From assembly GCA_046153705.1 (NCBI GenBank), contig JBJXGK010000076.1, positions 1,247-65,246 of the forward strand: 64,000 bases of DNA, read 5' to 3'. The notes under the pieces were generated by a model, which saw only the letters and a list, made by a program, of their open reading frames with translations, ran no database searches and was not told where the DNA came from. Positions 53,257 to 62,883 of this stretch are shown here, in pieces; the first letter of the stretch is position 1, and each line of letters starts with the position of its first letter. Both the position numbers and the translations under genes were made by a program. Origin of the DNA: Gemmatimonadaceae bacterium (GTDB taxonomy: Bacteria; Gemmatimonadota; Gemmatimonadetes; Gemmatimonadales; Gemmatimonadaceae).

Positions 53257-53313
53257 CGGACGCCGTGACCCTCGGCACACCGGAGCCGCTACACCGGTCG
53301 TATATTCTGCGCC

Positions 53314-53877
53314 GTGAGCAGCGAGCCGACCCACCCGACGCGCGAGACAGCGCGCGAGCGTAGTGACGATCAGTTCATCAGGCTCTACCAAGAGCTGCGC
53401 CTGATCGCCGACCGCCTTCTGCGGAAGGAGGCGGCGGGGCACACGTTGCAGCCGACCGCGCTGCTCAACGAGGCGTGGCTCAAGCTCACCGGCAGCCCCC
53501 AGCTCGAGCGACTCGAGCGCACGCACTATCTCGCGATCGCCGCGCGGGCCATGCGGCAAGTGCTCGTCGAACACGCGCGGCAGCGGCGCGCCGCCAAACG
53601 CGGTGGCGCGCTCACGCCGATCACGCTCACCGACGATCAACTCGGCGTCTCCCTCCCGATCGACGACATGATCGACCTCGACGAAGCGCTCCGGCAACTC
53701 GGCGAGCAGGACGAGCGGTTGCTGCGTGTGGTGGAACTGCGCTTCTTCGTCGGCCTGGACGAGCAGGAGACGGCGGAAGCCCTGGGTGTGACCACGCGTA
53801 CCGTGCAGCGCGACTGGGTGAAAGCGCGCGCGTGGTTGCTCAGCGAACTGCGCGACGACACGGGCACGGGCGCGTGA
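53314..53877 (+). CDS. ECF-type sigma factor of the kinase-associated ECF43-like group
   Basis: GHTLQPTALLNEAWLKL, AARAMRQVLVEHAR...KRGG and VVELRFFVGL...TVQRDWVKARAWL. Confidence 0.9.
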   Translation: MSSEPTHPTRETARERSDDQFIRLYQELRLIADRLLRKEAAGHTLQPTALLNEAWLKLTGSPQLERLERTHYLAIAARAMRQVLVEHARQRRAAKRGGALTPITLTDDQLGVSLPIDDMIDLDEALRQLGEQDERLLRVVELRFFVGLDEQETAEALGVTTRTVQRDWVKARAWLLSELRDDTGTGA

Positions 53878-56564
53878 GCCAGAGACCGGACTGGAAGCGT
53901 ATCGAGCGCTTGTTCGACGACGGCCTCGAGGTGCCGGCGGCGGAGCGCGCTGCGTGGCTGCGCGCGCAGTGCGGCGATGACACGGCGCTCCATGATCGCG
54001 TGGCACGCATGTTCCGGGCGCACGAAGGCCCGGGATTCCTCGACCATCCGTTGACCTCGCTGCCCGAGGTGGACGTGCGCGCCCAGTTCGACGCCGCGCT
54101 GGGTGACCGATACACGATCGAATCGACGTTGGGCGAAGGTGGCATGGCGGTCGTCTTCCGCGCGCACGAACGCAAGCACGACCGTCCCGTCGTGTTGAAG
54201 GTGCTGCAGCCGCAGGTGAGCGCGTTGCTGGGCGAGCAGCAGTTCCGCGATGAAGTCCGGATCGCGGCAAGACTCTCGCATCCGCACATCCTCGCGTTGA
54301 TCGACTCGGGGGCGCTGGACGGGTTGTACTACTACGTGATGCCGTACGTGGGCGGCGAGTCGATGCGCGATCGGCTGCGGCGCGACGGGGCGAGGCCGCT
54401 CGGCGAGGCGATCAGCGTGCTCCGCAGCGTCGCCGACGCGCTCGCCCACGCACACAGCGCCGGGATCGTGCACCGTGACCTCAAGCCTGACAACGTGCTG
54501 TACGTCGACGGCCACGCGTTCCTGATCGACTTCGGCGTCGCGAAGATCGACGCCGATGCACGCACCGGAGAGTTCGCGCTCGGACGGCCGGTGGGGACCC
54601 CGGGCTACATGGCGCCGGAGCAGGCGGCGAACCAGCCCGTGGATCACCGCGCGGATCTCTACGCGTGGGGTCTTCTGGCGCGCGAGATGCTCACCGGGGC
54701 GCGCCAGCCCTCCGCGCCGCTGGCGACGCTGCGCCCTGACGCACCGCGCTCGTTGGTCACACTCGTCGAGGCCTGTCTCGCGGACGATCCGGCGGAACGG
54801 CCACAGAGTGCGCGTGCACTCGTCGCGGCGCTCGATGCGCTCGCGCCGACTTCGCCGCGACGTGCGCGTTGGCCGCTGATCGCCGCGGTGGCGGCCGTCG
54901 CGATCGTCCTCGGAGTCACATGGCCGCGTTGGACTCCCGTCTTCTCTCCGTTCAGGGGAATCGTCGGCCCAGTGGCGGTGCTGCCGCTGACGAACGAGAC
55001 GGCCGACTCCACACTGAACAGCTGGGGGCGTCTCGCCGGGGACTGGATCACGCAAGGCATGCACGAGGCGGCCATCATGCCGGTGGTGCCGTGGCCGACG
55101 ATGATGATCACCGCCGAGGGCGCGAACGCGCTGGGCGGCGATCCGATCGCGATGGTGCGACGTCAGACCGGCGCCGGCACGGTCGTGACGGGCAGCTACT
55201 ACCGCACCGGCGACTCGCTGCGATTCCAAGCCTCGATCACCGACGCGCGCAACGGACGACTCGTCGCGGCGATCCCACCGGTGATGGTGAGCCTCGACTC
55301 GGCATCTGCGGCGGTGCGCGAGATCCGTGACCGCATCATGGGTGCGGTGGGCGTGGCGTTCGACGAACGCGTGCTCACAGGCAGCGGCAGCACTCCGCCC
55401 ACGTGGGAAGCGTTCCGCCTCTTCGACGACGGCGTCAGGCTCTTCAACAGCACGCGATACGGCGAAGCGAGTCTCCTGATGGAGCAGGCCTGGCGGCGCG
55501 ACACGAGCTTCACCGCCGCGCTCATCTACGCGAGCTATGCGGCCTTCAACGACGGCGAGATCCCGCGGACCGACTCCCTACTCGGCTTGGTGATGACCCG
55601 GAGATCGAGCCTGTCCTCGTACCACATCGCGCTGGCGGAGGGCGTCCAAGCGTACGCGGGTGGTGACCGCGTGGTGGCAGTGGAGCGCCTGAGACACGCG
55701 AACGCACTCGCGCCGGGCTCGCGCGCCGCGTACAGTCTCGCGTACGCGTTGCTGCAGTTCAATCGTCCGCACGAAGCACTCGCGGTCCTCGGGTCGCTCG
55801 ACCCGGACCACGGGGCGATGAAGGGCTGGCCGCAGTTCTGGACACAGCGCGCGGCGGCAGCACACGTGGTGTCCCGGCACCAGGACGAACGCCGTTTCGC
55901 GCGGGAGATGCGGCAACGGTATCCAGCACAACGGGCCGCCTGGGTGATGGAAGCTCGCGCGCTCGCCGCGACGGGTAGCCACACGGCGATCGATTCGTTG
56001 CTCCTCGAAGCCGAGTCGCTCGCGCCCGACGTGTACTGGTCGCAGGGGGCGATGCGGGCCGTCGTCGCGGAAGAGTATCTCACGCACGGGACGGGAGACC
56101 ACCGGACGGCGGCGCGCGGCGCGATCCGCTGGCTCGAAGACCGCCTGGAAGCCGACCCTCGCCAACGAGACCACCGCGAGTGGCTGTCGATCGCGCGGTT
56201 CGTGGCGGACGACACCGCCGGTTCCGAAGCATTGCTCGATTCGATCGATGTCGCGTTCCCCAATCGGCTCTGGACCATCGGCAACCTCGCGCGCTTCGCG
56301 GCCATGCGCGGCGACGCAACGCGCGCCGATTCGCTCCTCGCCGCGGCGCCGAATACCAGCGTGGGCGAGCACGTGCTCTTCCGCGCCCGTGTGGCGGCCT
56401 TGATGGGACGCCGAGAGAATGCGCTCACGCTCTTGAGCGACGCGCTGCGCGCCGGCGTCCTGAACTGGCATTGGCGGCGCGACGAAGTCCTCCGCGACTT
56501 CGGCCCCTACGCCGCCGACCCACAGTTCAAGCGAATCATCGCGCCACTCCCGTACACCCCGTAG
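53874..56564 (+). CDS. Hanks-type Ser/Thr kinase with a TM helix, a TolB_N/FlgO-like domain and TPR-like repeats
   Basis: GTGA overlap with the ECF gene; N-terminal WKRIERLF..AER AAWL helix, HRDLKPDN, DFG, GTPGYMAPEQ, TM helix and VAVLPLTN. Confidence 0.92.
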   Translation: MSQRPDWKRIERLFDDGLEVPAAERAAWLRAQCGDDTALHDRVARMFRAHEGPGFLDHPLTSLPEVDVRAQFDAALGDRYTIESTLGEGGMAVVFRAHERKHDRPVVLKVLQPQVSALLGEQQFRDEVRIAARLSHPHILALIDSGALDGLYYYVMPYVGGESMRDRLRRDGARPLGEAISVLRSVADALAHAHSAGIVHRDLKPDNVLYVDGHAFLIDFGVAKIDADARTGEFALGRPVGTPGYMAPEQAANQPVDHRADLYAWGLLAREMLTGARQPSAPLATLRPDAPRSLVTLVEACLADDPAERPQSARALVAALDALAPTSPRRARWPLIAAVAAVAIVLGVTWPRWTPVFSPFRGIVGPVAVLPLTNETADSTLNSWGRLAGDWITQGMHEAAIMPVVPWPTMMITAEGANALGGDPIAMVRRQTGAGTVVTGSYYRTGDSLRFQASITDARNGRLVAAIPPVMVSLDSASAAVREIRDRIMGAVGVAFDERVLTGSGSTPPTWEAFRLFDDGVRLFNSTRYGEASLLMEQAWRRDTSFTAALIYASYAAFNDGEIPRTDSLLGLVMTRRSSLSSYHIALAEGVQAYAGGDRVVAVERLRHANALAPGSRAAYSLAYALLQFNRPHEALAVLGSLDPDHGAMKGWPQFWTQRAAAAHVVSRHQDERRFAREMRQRYPAQRAAWVMEARALAATGSHTAIDSLLLEAESLAPDVYWSQGAMRAVVAEEYLTHGTGDHRTAARGAIRWLEDRLEADPRQRDHREWLSIARFVADDTAGSEALLDSIDVAFPNRLWTIGNLARFAAMRGDATRADSLLAAAPNTSVGEHVLFRARVAALMGRRENALTLLSDALRAGVLNWHWRRDEVLRDFGPYAADPQFKRIIAPLPYTP

Positions 56565-56609
56565 TCGATCGAGGTCGGCGGGATCCCGCTCGCGTGCGCG
56601 CGCGCCGGC

Positions 56610-56990
56610 TCAGCCCACCGGCACTACGGCACCGCTCGCGATCGTCCATATCACTCGCACCACGCCGACCGACCCCACCGTCAAGCGCGAGACGTCGCCA
56701 TCGAACGCCGTCAGGTCCGCCGGCGCACCAGCGCGCAACACACCTCGCGCCGCGAGCACCGTCTCCGCGGACCCGGCTTGCAGGATCGACGCGCATGGAT
56801 CCTCGCGACCTTGGATCACCATCGCCCCCTTCGCATCGATCACGCGCGCCGAGCCGGCGCGCTTCATGACCTCGGCGCTCGATCCCACGACGGCGATACG
56901 ATCGCCGTCCACCGCAACCGCGTCCGCCCACGGACGCCGAACGTCGTTCGTCCAGACGCGCGCATTGACGATCACGAGTGTCACCGCCAT
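56610..56990 (-). CDS. Mini-protein made only of the amidohydrolase beta-sandwich (composite) domain
   Basis: LVIVNARVWT...ADAVAVDGDRIAVVG...RVIDAKGAMV joined almost directly to GVLRAGAPADLTAFD...VIWTIASG; no metal-binding barrel. Confidence 0.65.
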   Translation of the reverse strand: MAVTLVIVNARVWTNDVRRPWADAVAVDGDRIAVVGSSAEVMKRAGSARVIDAKGAMVIQGREDPCASILQAGSAETVLAARGVLRAGAPADLTAFDGDVSRLTVGSVGVVRVIWTIASGAVVPVG

Positions 56991-57042
56991 CACAGGCGAC
57001 CGGTCGGTGTGAGTCGCGGCGCGCCGTCGCTCGGACCGCGAG

Positions 57043-57360
57043 CTAGGCGCGGCGTTCCAGCGCGTCGCGCACGTCGAGCAGGATCTCGAAGTAGAGCTGC
57101 TCGCGACGGTAGGCGAAATCCAACGACGCCATCTGCGACGGGTCCTCGGACGCCTTCGCCCGACCGAAGGCCTCAGTGTACATCTCCTCGAGATTGGCGA
57201 GGATGCGCTCACGGGAACGTGACATCGGAATCTTCTCCAAGGCAGCAAAGGTCAGTCTCGGCGGCACGAACGGCGCCGGCTCCGGCGTCGCGGGGCTCTC
57301 GAGCAAGTACTTCTTGGCGGCGCCCAGCAACTCGCGGCGCGCATCGAATGGCGTGGACAT
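57043..57360 (-). CDS. Hypothetical small helical protein (105 aa)
   Basis: Protein-like ORF from ATG 57360; divergent from htpX. Confidence 0.65.
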   Translation of the reverse strand: MSTPFDARRELLGAAKKYLLESPATPEPAPFVPPRLTFAALEKIPMSRSRERILANLEEMYTEAFGRAKASEDPSQMASLDFAYRREQLYFEILLDVRDALERRA

Positions 57361-57495
57361 CGTGTGGGGAACGTACTGGGGTCCGGGCCGAGAGTCCACT
57401 TGGAACTTGGCATCGAGATTGCCCCTTGATGGAATGAAGACGTGCGAGGTGTGCCGTTCTGGCACGGCATGTCACACACTCTGTCGGAGCGACTG

Positions 57496-58329
57496 ATGAA
57501 CAACGTGAAGGTCTTCGTGTTGATGGCCGGAATGACCGCCCTGCTCGGGGGGTTGGGCGGCTATTTCGGAGGCCAGGCAGGATTGGTGTTGGCGCTGGTG
57601 GTGGCCGGTGGCATGAACGTGTTCATGTACTGGAACTCCTCGTCGATGGTACTGCGCTCCTACGGCGCACGGATCGTCGCGCGCGCTGACGCGCCCGAGA
57701 TCTACGACATGGTCGATCGCCTGCGTCAGCGCGCAGGGCTGCCCATGCCGACGGTCGCGATCGCACCGCACGATCAGCCCAACGCCTTCGCTACCGGGCG
57801 CAACGCCGAGCACGCCGTCGTGTGCGTGACGTCGGGGCTCACCAAGCTCATCGACCGTGAGGAGATGGAAGGCGTGATCGCGCACGAACTCGCGCACATC
57901 AAGAACCGCGACATGCTCTTGCAGACCGTGACGGCGACGATGGCCGGTGCGATCTCGTCGCTCGCGCAGTTCGCCGTGTTCTTCGGCGGCCGCTCGGACG
58001 ACGAGGACCGCAGTCCCATCGCCGGCCTCGCGATGTTGATCATCGCGCCGTTGGCCGCGTCGTTGATCCAGTTCGCGATCAGCCGCCAGCGCGAGTTCAA
58101 GGCGGATGCCGTGGGCGCCGAGATCGCCGGGCGTCCAGAGGGTCTCGCGCGTGCGTTGCAGAAGCTCGACGCCTACTCGCGCCGCATCCCGATGAACATC
58201 TCCCCGGCGGCGGCTCCGCTCGCGCAGGTGAATCCGCTGGCCGCGCATGGGGGCGGCCTCAGGTCGATGTTCTCGACGCACCCGTCGACGGAAGAGCGCG
58301 TGGCACGGCTGCTGGGACGGCAGGGGTAA
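57496..58329 (+). CDS. htpX: Zinc metalloprotease HtpX
   Basis: N-terminal TM helices, QPNAFATG, IAHELAHIKNRD, SRQREFKAD and FSTHP. Confidence 0.95.
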   Translation: MNNVKVFVLMAGMTALLGGLGGYFGGQAGLVLALVVAGGMNVFMYWNSSSMVLRSYGARIVARADAPEIYDMVDRLRQRAGLPMPTVAIAPHDQPNAFATGRNAEHAVVCVTSGLTKLIDREEMEGVIAHELAHIKNRDMLLQTVTATMAGAISSLAQFAVFFGGRSDDEDRSPIAGLAMLIIAPLAASLIQFAISRQREFKADAVGAEIAGRPEGLARALQKLDAYSRRIPMNISPAAAPLAQVNPLAAHGGGLRSMFSTHPSTEERVARLLGRQG

Positions 58330-58344
58330 GGAAGGAGATGGAAG

Positions 58345-58376
58345 AGGGCCGCCTACTCAGGCGGCCCTACTTCTTT
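58345..58376 (+). terminator. Intrinsic terminator between convergent htpX and ferredoxin genes
   Basis: AGGGCCGCCT-ACTC-AGGCGGCCCT followed by ACTTCTTT. Confidence 0.75.
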
Positions 58377-58744
58377 CCGCTGTTCCCGCCGCCACTCGCA
58401 TCGCCGGTCTGCTGTCGATGGAAGATTCCATCGGACACCTCCTTCCCATCGCGAAGATGTTCGACGACGATCCGCTCGAGCAGTTCGGGCGTGACTCCCG
58501 CGTACCAGATCCCCGAAGGGTAGATCGCGATCACCGGCCCACCCGCGCACACGCCCAGACACGGCGCCTCGCTGCGCTTCACCCGGCGCGGGCCGAACAG
58601 CAGCCCCTCGCGCTGCAGCAGCTGCGCGAGCAACGAATACAACGAGCGCCCGCGGCGGTCGGTGGAGCAGTAGCCGCCCGTGCACACCAGCACATGGTGT
58701 GCGTACGGGTCCATGAGCGGGGTGAGCTGCTCGGGCGTGGGCAC
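58367..58744 (-). CDS. Thioredoxin-like [2Fe-2S] ferredoxin (copy 2)
   Basis: HVLVCTGGYC ... CLGVC..GP...YPSGIWY. Confidence 0.9.
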   Translation of the reverse strand: MPTPEQLTPLMDPYAHHVLVCTGGYCSTDRRGRSLYSLLAQLLQREGLLFGPRRVKRSEAPCLGVCAGGPVIAIYPSGIWYAGVTPELLERIVVEHLRDGKEVSDGIFHRQQTGDASGGGNSGKK

Positions 58745-58746
58745 CG

Positions 58747-59070
58747 TCAGACCTTCGGCAACTTGTTCTCGCCCGACGGCGCCACATAGCGCAATGCTTC
58801 CACGGGCACGCCATCACGCAGGTGCTCAGCGAAGATCCGCTCGGCCTTCTCCGCGCTCACGCCGTCATACCACACGTCCTCGGGATACACGACGACCATC
58901 GGCCCGTGCCCGCACTGGCCGAGGCAGCCACTGTGATTGACGCGCACATGCGGGGCGAGCGCTGCGTCGCGCACACGGTCCTTCAGGAGCGCGAACGTGG
59001 CCGCGGAGTCCTGTGAGGTGCAGGTCTTGCCGCCGGTACAGACGAAGACGTGTCGCTGGTACTGACCCAT
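58747..59070 (-). CDS. Thioredoxin-like [2Fe-2S] ferredoxin (copy 1)
   Basis: HVFVCTGGKTC ... GCLGQCGHGPMVVVYPEDVWY; start ATG 59070. Confidence 0.92.
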   Translation of the reverse strand: MGQYQRHVFVCTGGKTCTSQDSAATFALLKDRVRDAALAPHVRVNHSGCLGQCGHGPMVVVYPEDVWYDGVSAEKAERIFAEHLRDGVPVEALRYVAPSGENKLPKV

Positions 59071-59134
59071 CGTGAGTGTCGGTGAAGAGGAATCAAGCGT
59101 GCGCCGATCGCACGCCGAACGATACATTAGCGGG

Positions 59135-59467
59135 ATGCCCACCCCAGAGGAGTTCTTCGCGCTCGACCTCCGTGTCGGCACAGTACTGGAAGCCTCGCCG
59201 TTCCCCGAGGCGCACAAACCATCGATCAAGCTGCGCATCGACTTCGGAGATGAACTCGGTGAGAGGCGATCCAGTGCCCAACTCACCGTACATTATCGTC
59301 CCGAGGAGCTGGTCGGCCGTCAAGTGATCGCCGTGACCAACATCGGGACACGCCGCATCGCCGGCTATGTGAGTGAAGTGCTCGTCCTCGGCGCGATGCC
59401 GAACGCCACTGAAGTCGTGCTGCTCAATCCTGACCACCCTGTCGCCAACGGGACCCGCATCGGATGA
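59135..59467 (+). CDS. csaA: CsaA-type tRNA-binding OB-fold secretion chaperone
   Basis: FFALDLRVG, SSAQLT..Y..EELVGRQV, SEVLVLG and VANGTRIG. Confidence 0.9.
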   Translation: MPTPEEFFALDLRVGTVLEASPFPEAHKPSIKLRIDFGDELGERRSSAQLTVHYRPEELVGRQVIAVTNIGTRRIAGYVSEVLVLGAMPNATEVVLLNPDHPVANGTRIG

Positions 59468-60705
59468 TCTCTCGACACCTGTTGCACCTCGGCGCACTCG
59501 CCGTACTCTTCGCCGCACCGGCGGCAGCACAATCTGCGAGCGGCACGCTCGCCCTCACCCACGCCAACGTCGTCGATGGAGTGGGTGCCACGGTGATCCG
59601 GGATGCGACCATCCTGATCTCCAACGGTCGCATCCAGAGCATCCGCGTCGGTGGCGCGGTGCCAGCCGATGTCACCGTCATCGATCTCGGTGGTCGCTGG
59701 TTGGCGCCAGGACTGATCGACGCACACACACACATCTCCACGCTCGCCAACGCGCGTCGTGCGCTGCACTCGGGCGTCACCACCGTGCGGTCGGCGAGTG
59801 TGCCGGCGTTCCAGGATGTGGAGATGCGTGAAATGGCGCGCGCTGGACAGATCGCCGCACCGGACGTGCTCGCCACGGGGGTGTTCGTCACCCCGAACCT
59901 CGGCGAGACGCTCCTGGCCGACGCGCGCTTGGGTGCGTTGGCGAGTGGCGTGAACACACCGGAGCAACTGCGCGCCTTGGTGAGAGTGAACCTCGACCAT
60001 GGAGTGGATTGGATCAAGACACGCGGCACTGAGCGCGCCGGCCTGCCCGACACCGACCCGCGCAAGCAGGTCTATGATGAACGTGAACTCCGCGCGATCG
60101 TCGAGGAGGCGGCAACGAAGAACGTGCCGGTGATGGCCCATGCCCACGGCGACGAAGGCGCCTACGCCGCGGTCGCCGCCGGGGCGAAGAGCATCGAACA
60201 CGGCACGTATCTGTCCGACTCCACGCTCCGCCTGATGAAGCAGAGGGGCACCTGGCTGGTCCCGACGCTCTCCACCATCTGGGATCTCACACAGCCCGGC
60301 GGTGACTACGACGACCCCGTGCTGGTACTGCGCGGTCAGCACATGGCACCGCGCATCGAGGACACGATCCGTCGTGCCCATGCGATGGGTGTCCGCATCG
60401 CGGCCGGTGCTGACACGGACTACGGCGCGGAGTCCGTCACGCGCATCAGCCATGAAGTCATGCGCTTCCGCGGACTCGGGCTCTCGGCGGTGGACGCGTT
60501 GGCGACCGCAACCAGTGGGGCTGCCGAGCTGATCGGTGTCGGGACCAAGACCGGTCGAGTCGCTGTCGGCTACGAGGCCGATCTCATCGTGCTCGAGGGC
60601 AACCCGCTCGATGATGCGGCGTGGTTGCAGGACGTCACCGTGGTGGTGACGAACGGCCGTGTGGTGCTCAACCGGTTGCCGTTCGGACGCCGTCCCACCC
60701 GCTAG
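59464..60705 (+). CDS. Secreted metal-dependent amidohydrolase (prolidase-like)
   Basis: Signal peptide; PGLIDAHTH, MAHAHG, SIEHG, GADTD and ADLIVLEGNPL. Confidence 0.9.
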   Translation: MISRHLLHLGALAVLFAAPAAAQSASGTLALTHANVVDGVGATVIRDATILISNGRIQSIRVGGAVPADVTVIDLGGRWLAPGLIDAHTHISTLANARRALHSGVTTVRSASVPAFQDVEMREMARAGQIAAPDVLATGVFVTPNLGETLLADARLGALASGVNTPEQLRALVRVNLDHGVDWIKTRGTERAGLPDTDPRKQVYDERELRAIVEEAATKNVPVMAHAHGDEGAYAAVAAGAKSIEHGTYLSDSTLRLMKQRGTWLVPTLSTIWDLTQPGGDYDDPVLVLRGQHMAPRIEDTIRRAHAMGVRIAAGADTDYGAESVTRISHEVMRFRGLGLSAVDALATATSGAAELIGVGTKTGRVAVGYEADLIVLEGNPLDDAAWLQDVTVVVTNGRVVLNRLPFGRRPTR

Positions 60706-60714
60706 TTTTCAGGC

Positions 60715-61602
60715 ATGACACCTTCCGTTCCGGCCGAGATCCCGGCCAAGGGCTACGCGCATCCCGAGAAGTTGGTGAGCACGGAGTGGCTCGCCGCGCA
60801 TTTGAACGATCCGTCACTCCGCATCCTCGAGAGCGACGAGGATGTGCTCCTGTATGAGATGGGGCACATCCCCGGCGCGCAGAAGATCGACTGGCACGCC
60901 GACCTCAACGATCCTGTCGAGCGCGACTACATCTCGCCCGAAGGCTTTACCGCGTTGTTGCGTGCCAAAGGCATCGACGCGAACACGCCGGTGATACTCT
61001 ACGGCGACAAGAACAACTGGTGGGCGGCATACGCACTGTGGGTCTTCGAGCTCTTCGGCTTCACCAACGTGCGCCTGCTCGACGGTGGTCGCGCGAAGTG
61101 GGAAGCCGAAGGGCGTCCCATGGTGACCGATGTGCCGCGCTTCGCGGCGAGCGCATACAGTGCGCCGGCGCGTGACGATGCGCGGATCCGGGCGTTCTTG
61201 CCCGAGGTGATGCAGCATCAGCGCGCCAAGGGTGCGATGATCGACGTCCGGTCGCCGCAGGAGTACAGCGGCGAGCGCACGCACATGCCGGAGTATCCGC
61301 AGGAAGGCACGCTGCGCGGTGGGCACATCCCGGGCGCGCGCAGCGTGCCTTGGGCGCGAGCGGCCAACGCCGACGGCACCTTCAAGAGCGCCGCCGAACT
61401 GCGTGCGATCTACGAGGGCGAAGCGGGTCTCACGCCGTCGACGGACGTGGTCACGTACTGCCGCATCGGTGAGCGTTCCTCGCACACCTGGTTCGTGTTG
61501 TCCTATCTGCTCGGCTACCCGAAGGTCCGGAACTACGATGGCAGCTGGACCGAGTGGGGCAACGCCGTGCGCACACCCATCTCGAAGGGAACCACGCCGT
61601 GA
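60715..61602 (+). CDS. Tandem-domain rhodanese / thiosulfate sulfurtransferase (CysA/SseA-like)
   Basis: GHIPGA twice, YCRIGERSS active-site loop and YDGSWTEWG. Confidence 0.94.
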   Translation: MTPSVPAEIPAKGYAHPEKLVSTEWLAAHLNDPSLRILESDEDVLLYEMGHIPGAQKIDWHADLNDPVERDYISPEGFTALLRAKGIDANTPVILYGDKNNWWAAYALWVFELFGFTNVRLLDGGRAKWEAEGRPMVTDVPRFAASAYSAPARDDARIRAFLPEVMQHQRAKGAMIDVRSPQEYSGERTHMPEYPQEGTLRGGHIPGARSVPWARAANADGTFKSAAELRAIYEGEAGLTPSTDVVTYCRIGERSSHTWFVLSYLLGYPKVRNYDGSWTEWGNAVRTPISKGTTP

Positions 61603-62027
61603 CCACTGAAACGCCGAAGAAGACCAATCGCGTCGTCGTCCGTTGGGACGGTGACCATCGGTTCGACGGGAGCCGCCTCGGCAGTCAGCAGTCGATCCGC
61701 ATGGATGCCGATGCGGTGACCGGGCCGGGTCCGGTGGACACGCTGCTCTGTGCGTTGGCCGGCTGTACCGGCGTGGATGTGGTGGACATCCTCGAGAAGC
61801 GTCGGACGCCCGTGCAGGGATTGAGCATCGAAGTGGCCGGGGAGCGGGCGAATGCCGTGCCGGCGCGTCTCGTGCGGGTGGTGCTCACGTACAAGATCCG
61901 TGGCGCGGGGATCGAACGTGTGCACGCGGAGCGCGCGATCGAGTTGGCTGTGACCAAGTACTGCTCCGTGCGCGACTCGCTCGCCCCCGACATCGCGGTG
62001 GAGTGGGTGCTGGAGCTCGAGAGCTAG
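61599..62027 (+). CDS. OsmC family protein (YhfA-like)
   Basis: [20 protein letters not shown] ... KYCSV; GTGA overlap with the rhodanese gene. Confidence 0.9.
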   Translation: MTTETPKKTNRVVVRWDGDHRFDGSRLGSQQSIRMDADAVTGPGPVDTLLCALAGCTGVDVVDILEKRRTPVQGLSIEVAGERANAVPARLVRVVLTYKIRGAGIERVHAERAIELAVTKYCSVRDSLAPDIAVEWVLELES

Positions 62028-62046
62028 GACGCGCGCACGGCGACGA

Positions 62047-62883
62047 TCAGTAGTCGCGCGTCCAGACGAGGATCATGCCGCATCGGCGGTCGAGGCCGCT
62101 GAACTGTGGCGGGACCGTCGCCGCACCGGCGTAGATCTCGAAGCCCGCGATCTCGCGTGGCGTCGGCAGGAGCTCGAGCGGGAATCGCGGGGGCATCGGC
62201 ACGCCGTCGACGACGATCTGCATCGCACAGGCAAGGGCGCCGTCGCCGAAGAGCGAGCCACCCTCGCGCTTGCTGATGGCGACCAGGTCCGAGATACCTG
62301 AGGGGTTCGGGCTCGGGGCGAGCGAGATCGACGGCGCGAGCCGGAGATAGTCGGCGGCGACGGGGAGATTCCGCTTCTCGATCTGTTCCTGCGTGATGAA
62401 GTAACCGACCCCTCGCCGGCGGCGCTCTTCGAACTCGAGCATCTTGAGCGAGCGACGCTCCTCGGTGATCACGACCTTGTCGAGCGTCTGGAGGGCGGGC
62501 TCCAGCAGGAACGAGAGGCGGAGCGTGTCGCGCACGCCGACCTGGATGATCGACGATACCGGGCGGAAACCGATCCGCCGCACGATCAGCAGATACTGAC
62601 CGGCCGGCACTTCCGTGAAGCGGAACCGCCCGAGCGCGTTGGTCTCGATCCGGATATCGGTCCGGAGGATCTTCACCTCGGCGAACCCGACGGGTTTGAG
62701 CAACGTATCGGTGACCGTGCCATCGATGACACCCGAGGCCCGCGCCACCGTGGAACCGACATTCCGGGGTTCGGGGACGCGCTGCGCACTGAGCGCGGAG
62801 GCGAGCAGTGCGTCAGCGGTGATCGCAGTACAGACCGCGAGCGCGGCGGCGCGAGCGAGCGGGGCGAAGTGGGTGATGGTCAT
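62047..62883 (-). CDS. Secreted protein with a carboxypeptidase-regulatory-like domain and a TonB-plug-like domain; no beta-barrel
   Basis: IDGTVTD...GRFRF...VRRIGF; FEERRRRGVGYFITQEQI; CAMQIVVDG; FEIYAGAATVP...CGMILVWT. Confidence 0.78.
   Translation of the reverse strand: MTITHFAPLARAAALAVCTAITADALLASALSAQRVPEPRNVGSTVARASGVIDGTVTDTLLKPVGFAEVKILRTDIRIETNALGRFRFTEVPAGQYLLIVRRIGFRPVSSIIQVGVRDTLRLSFLLEPALQTLDKVVITEERRSLKMLEFEERRRRGVGYFITQEQIEKRNLPVAADYLRLAPSISLAPSPNPSGISDLVAISKREGGSLFGDGALACAMQIVVDGVPMPPRFPLELLPTPREIAGFEIYAGAATVPPQFSGLDRRCGMILVWTRDY

Noticed and set aside
57403-57430. GGAACTT (RpoE-like -35) upstream of htpX
   Set aside because: No matching ECF -10 element at a 16-17 nt spacing; a single heptamer is insufficient.
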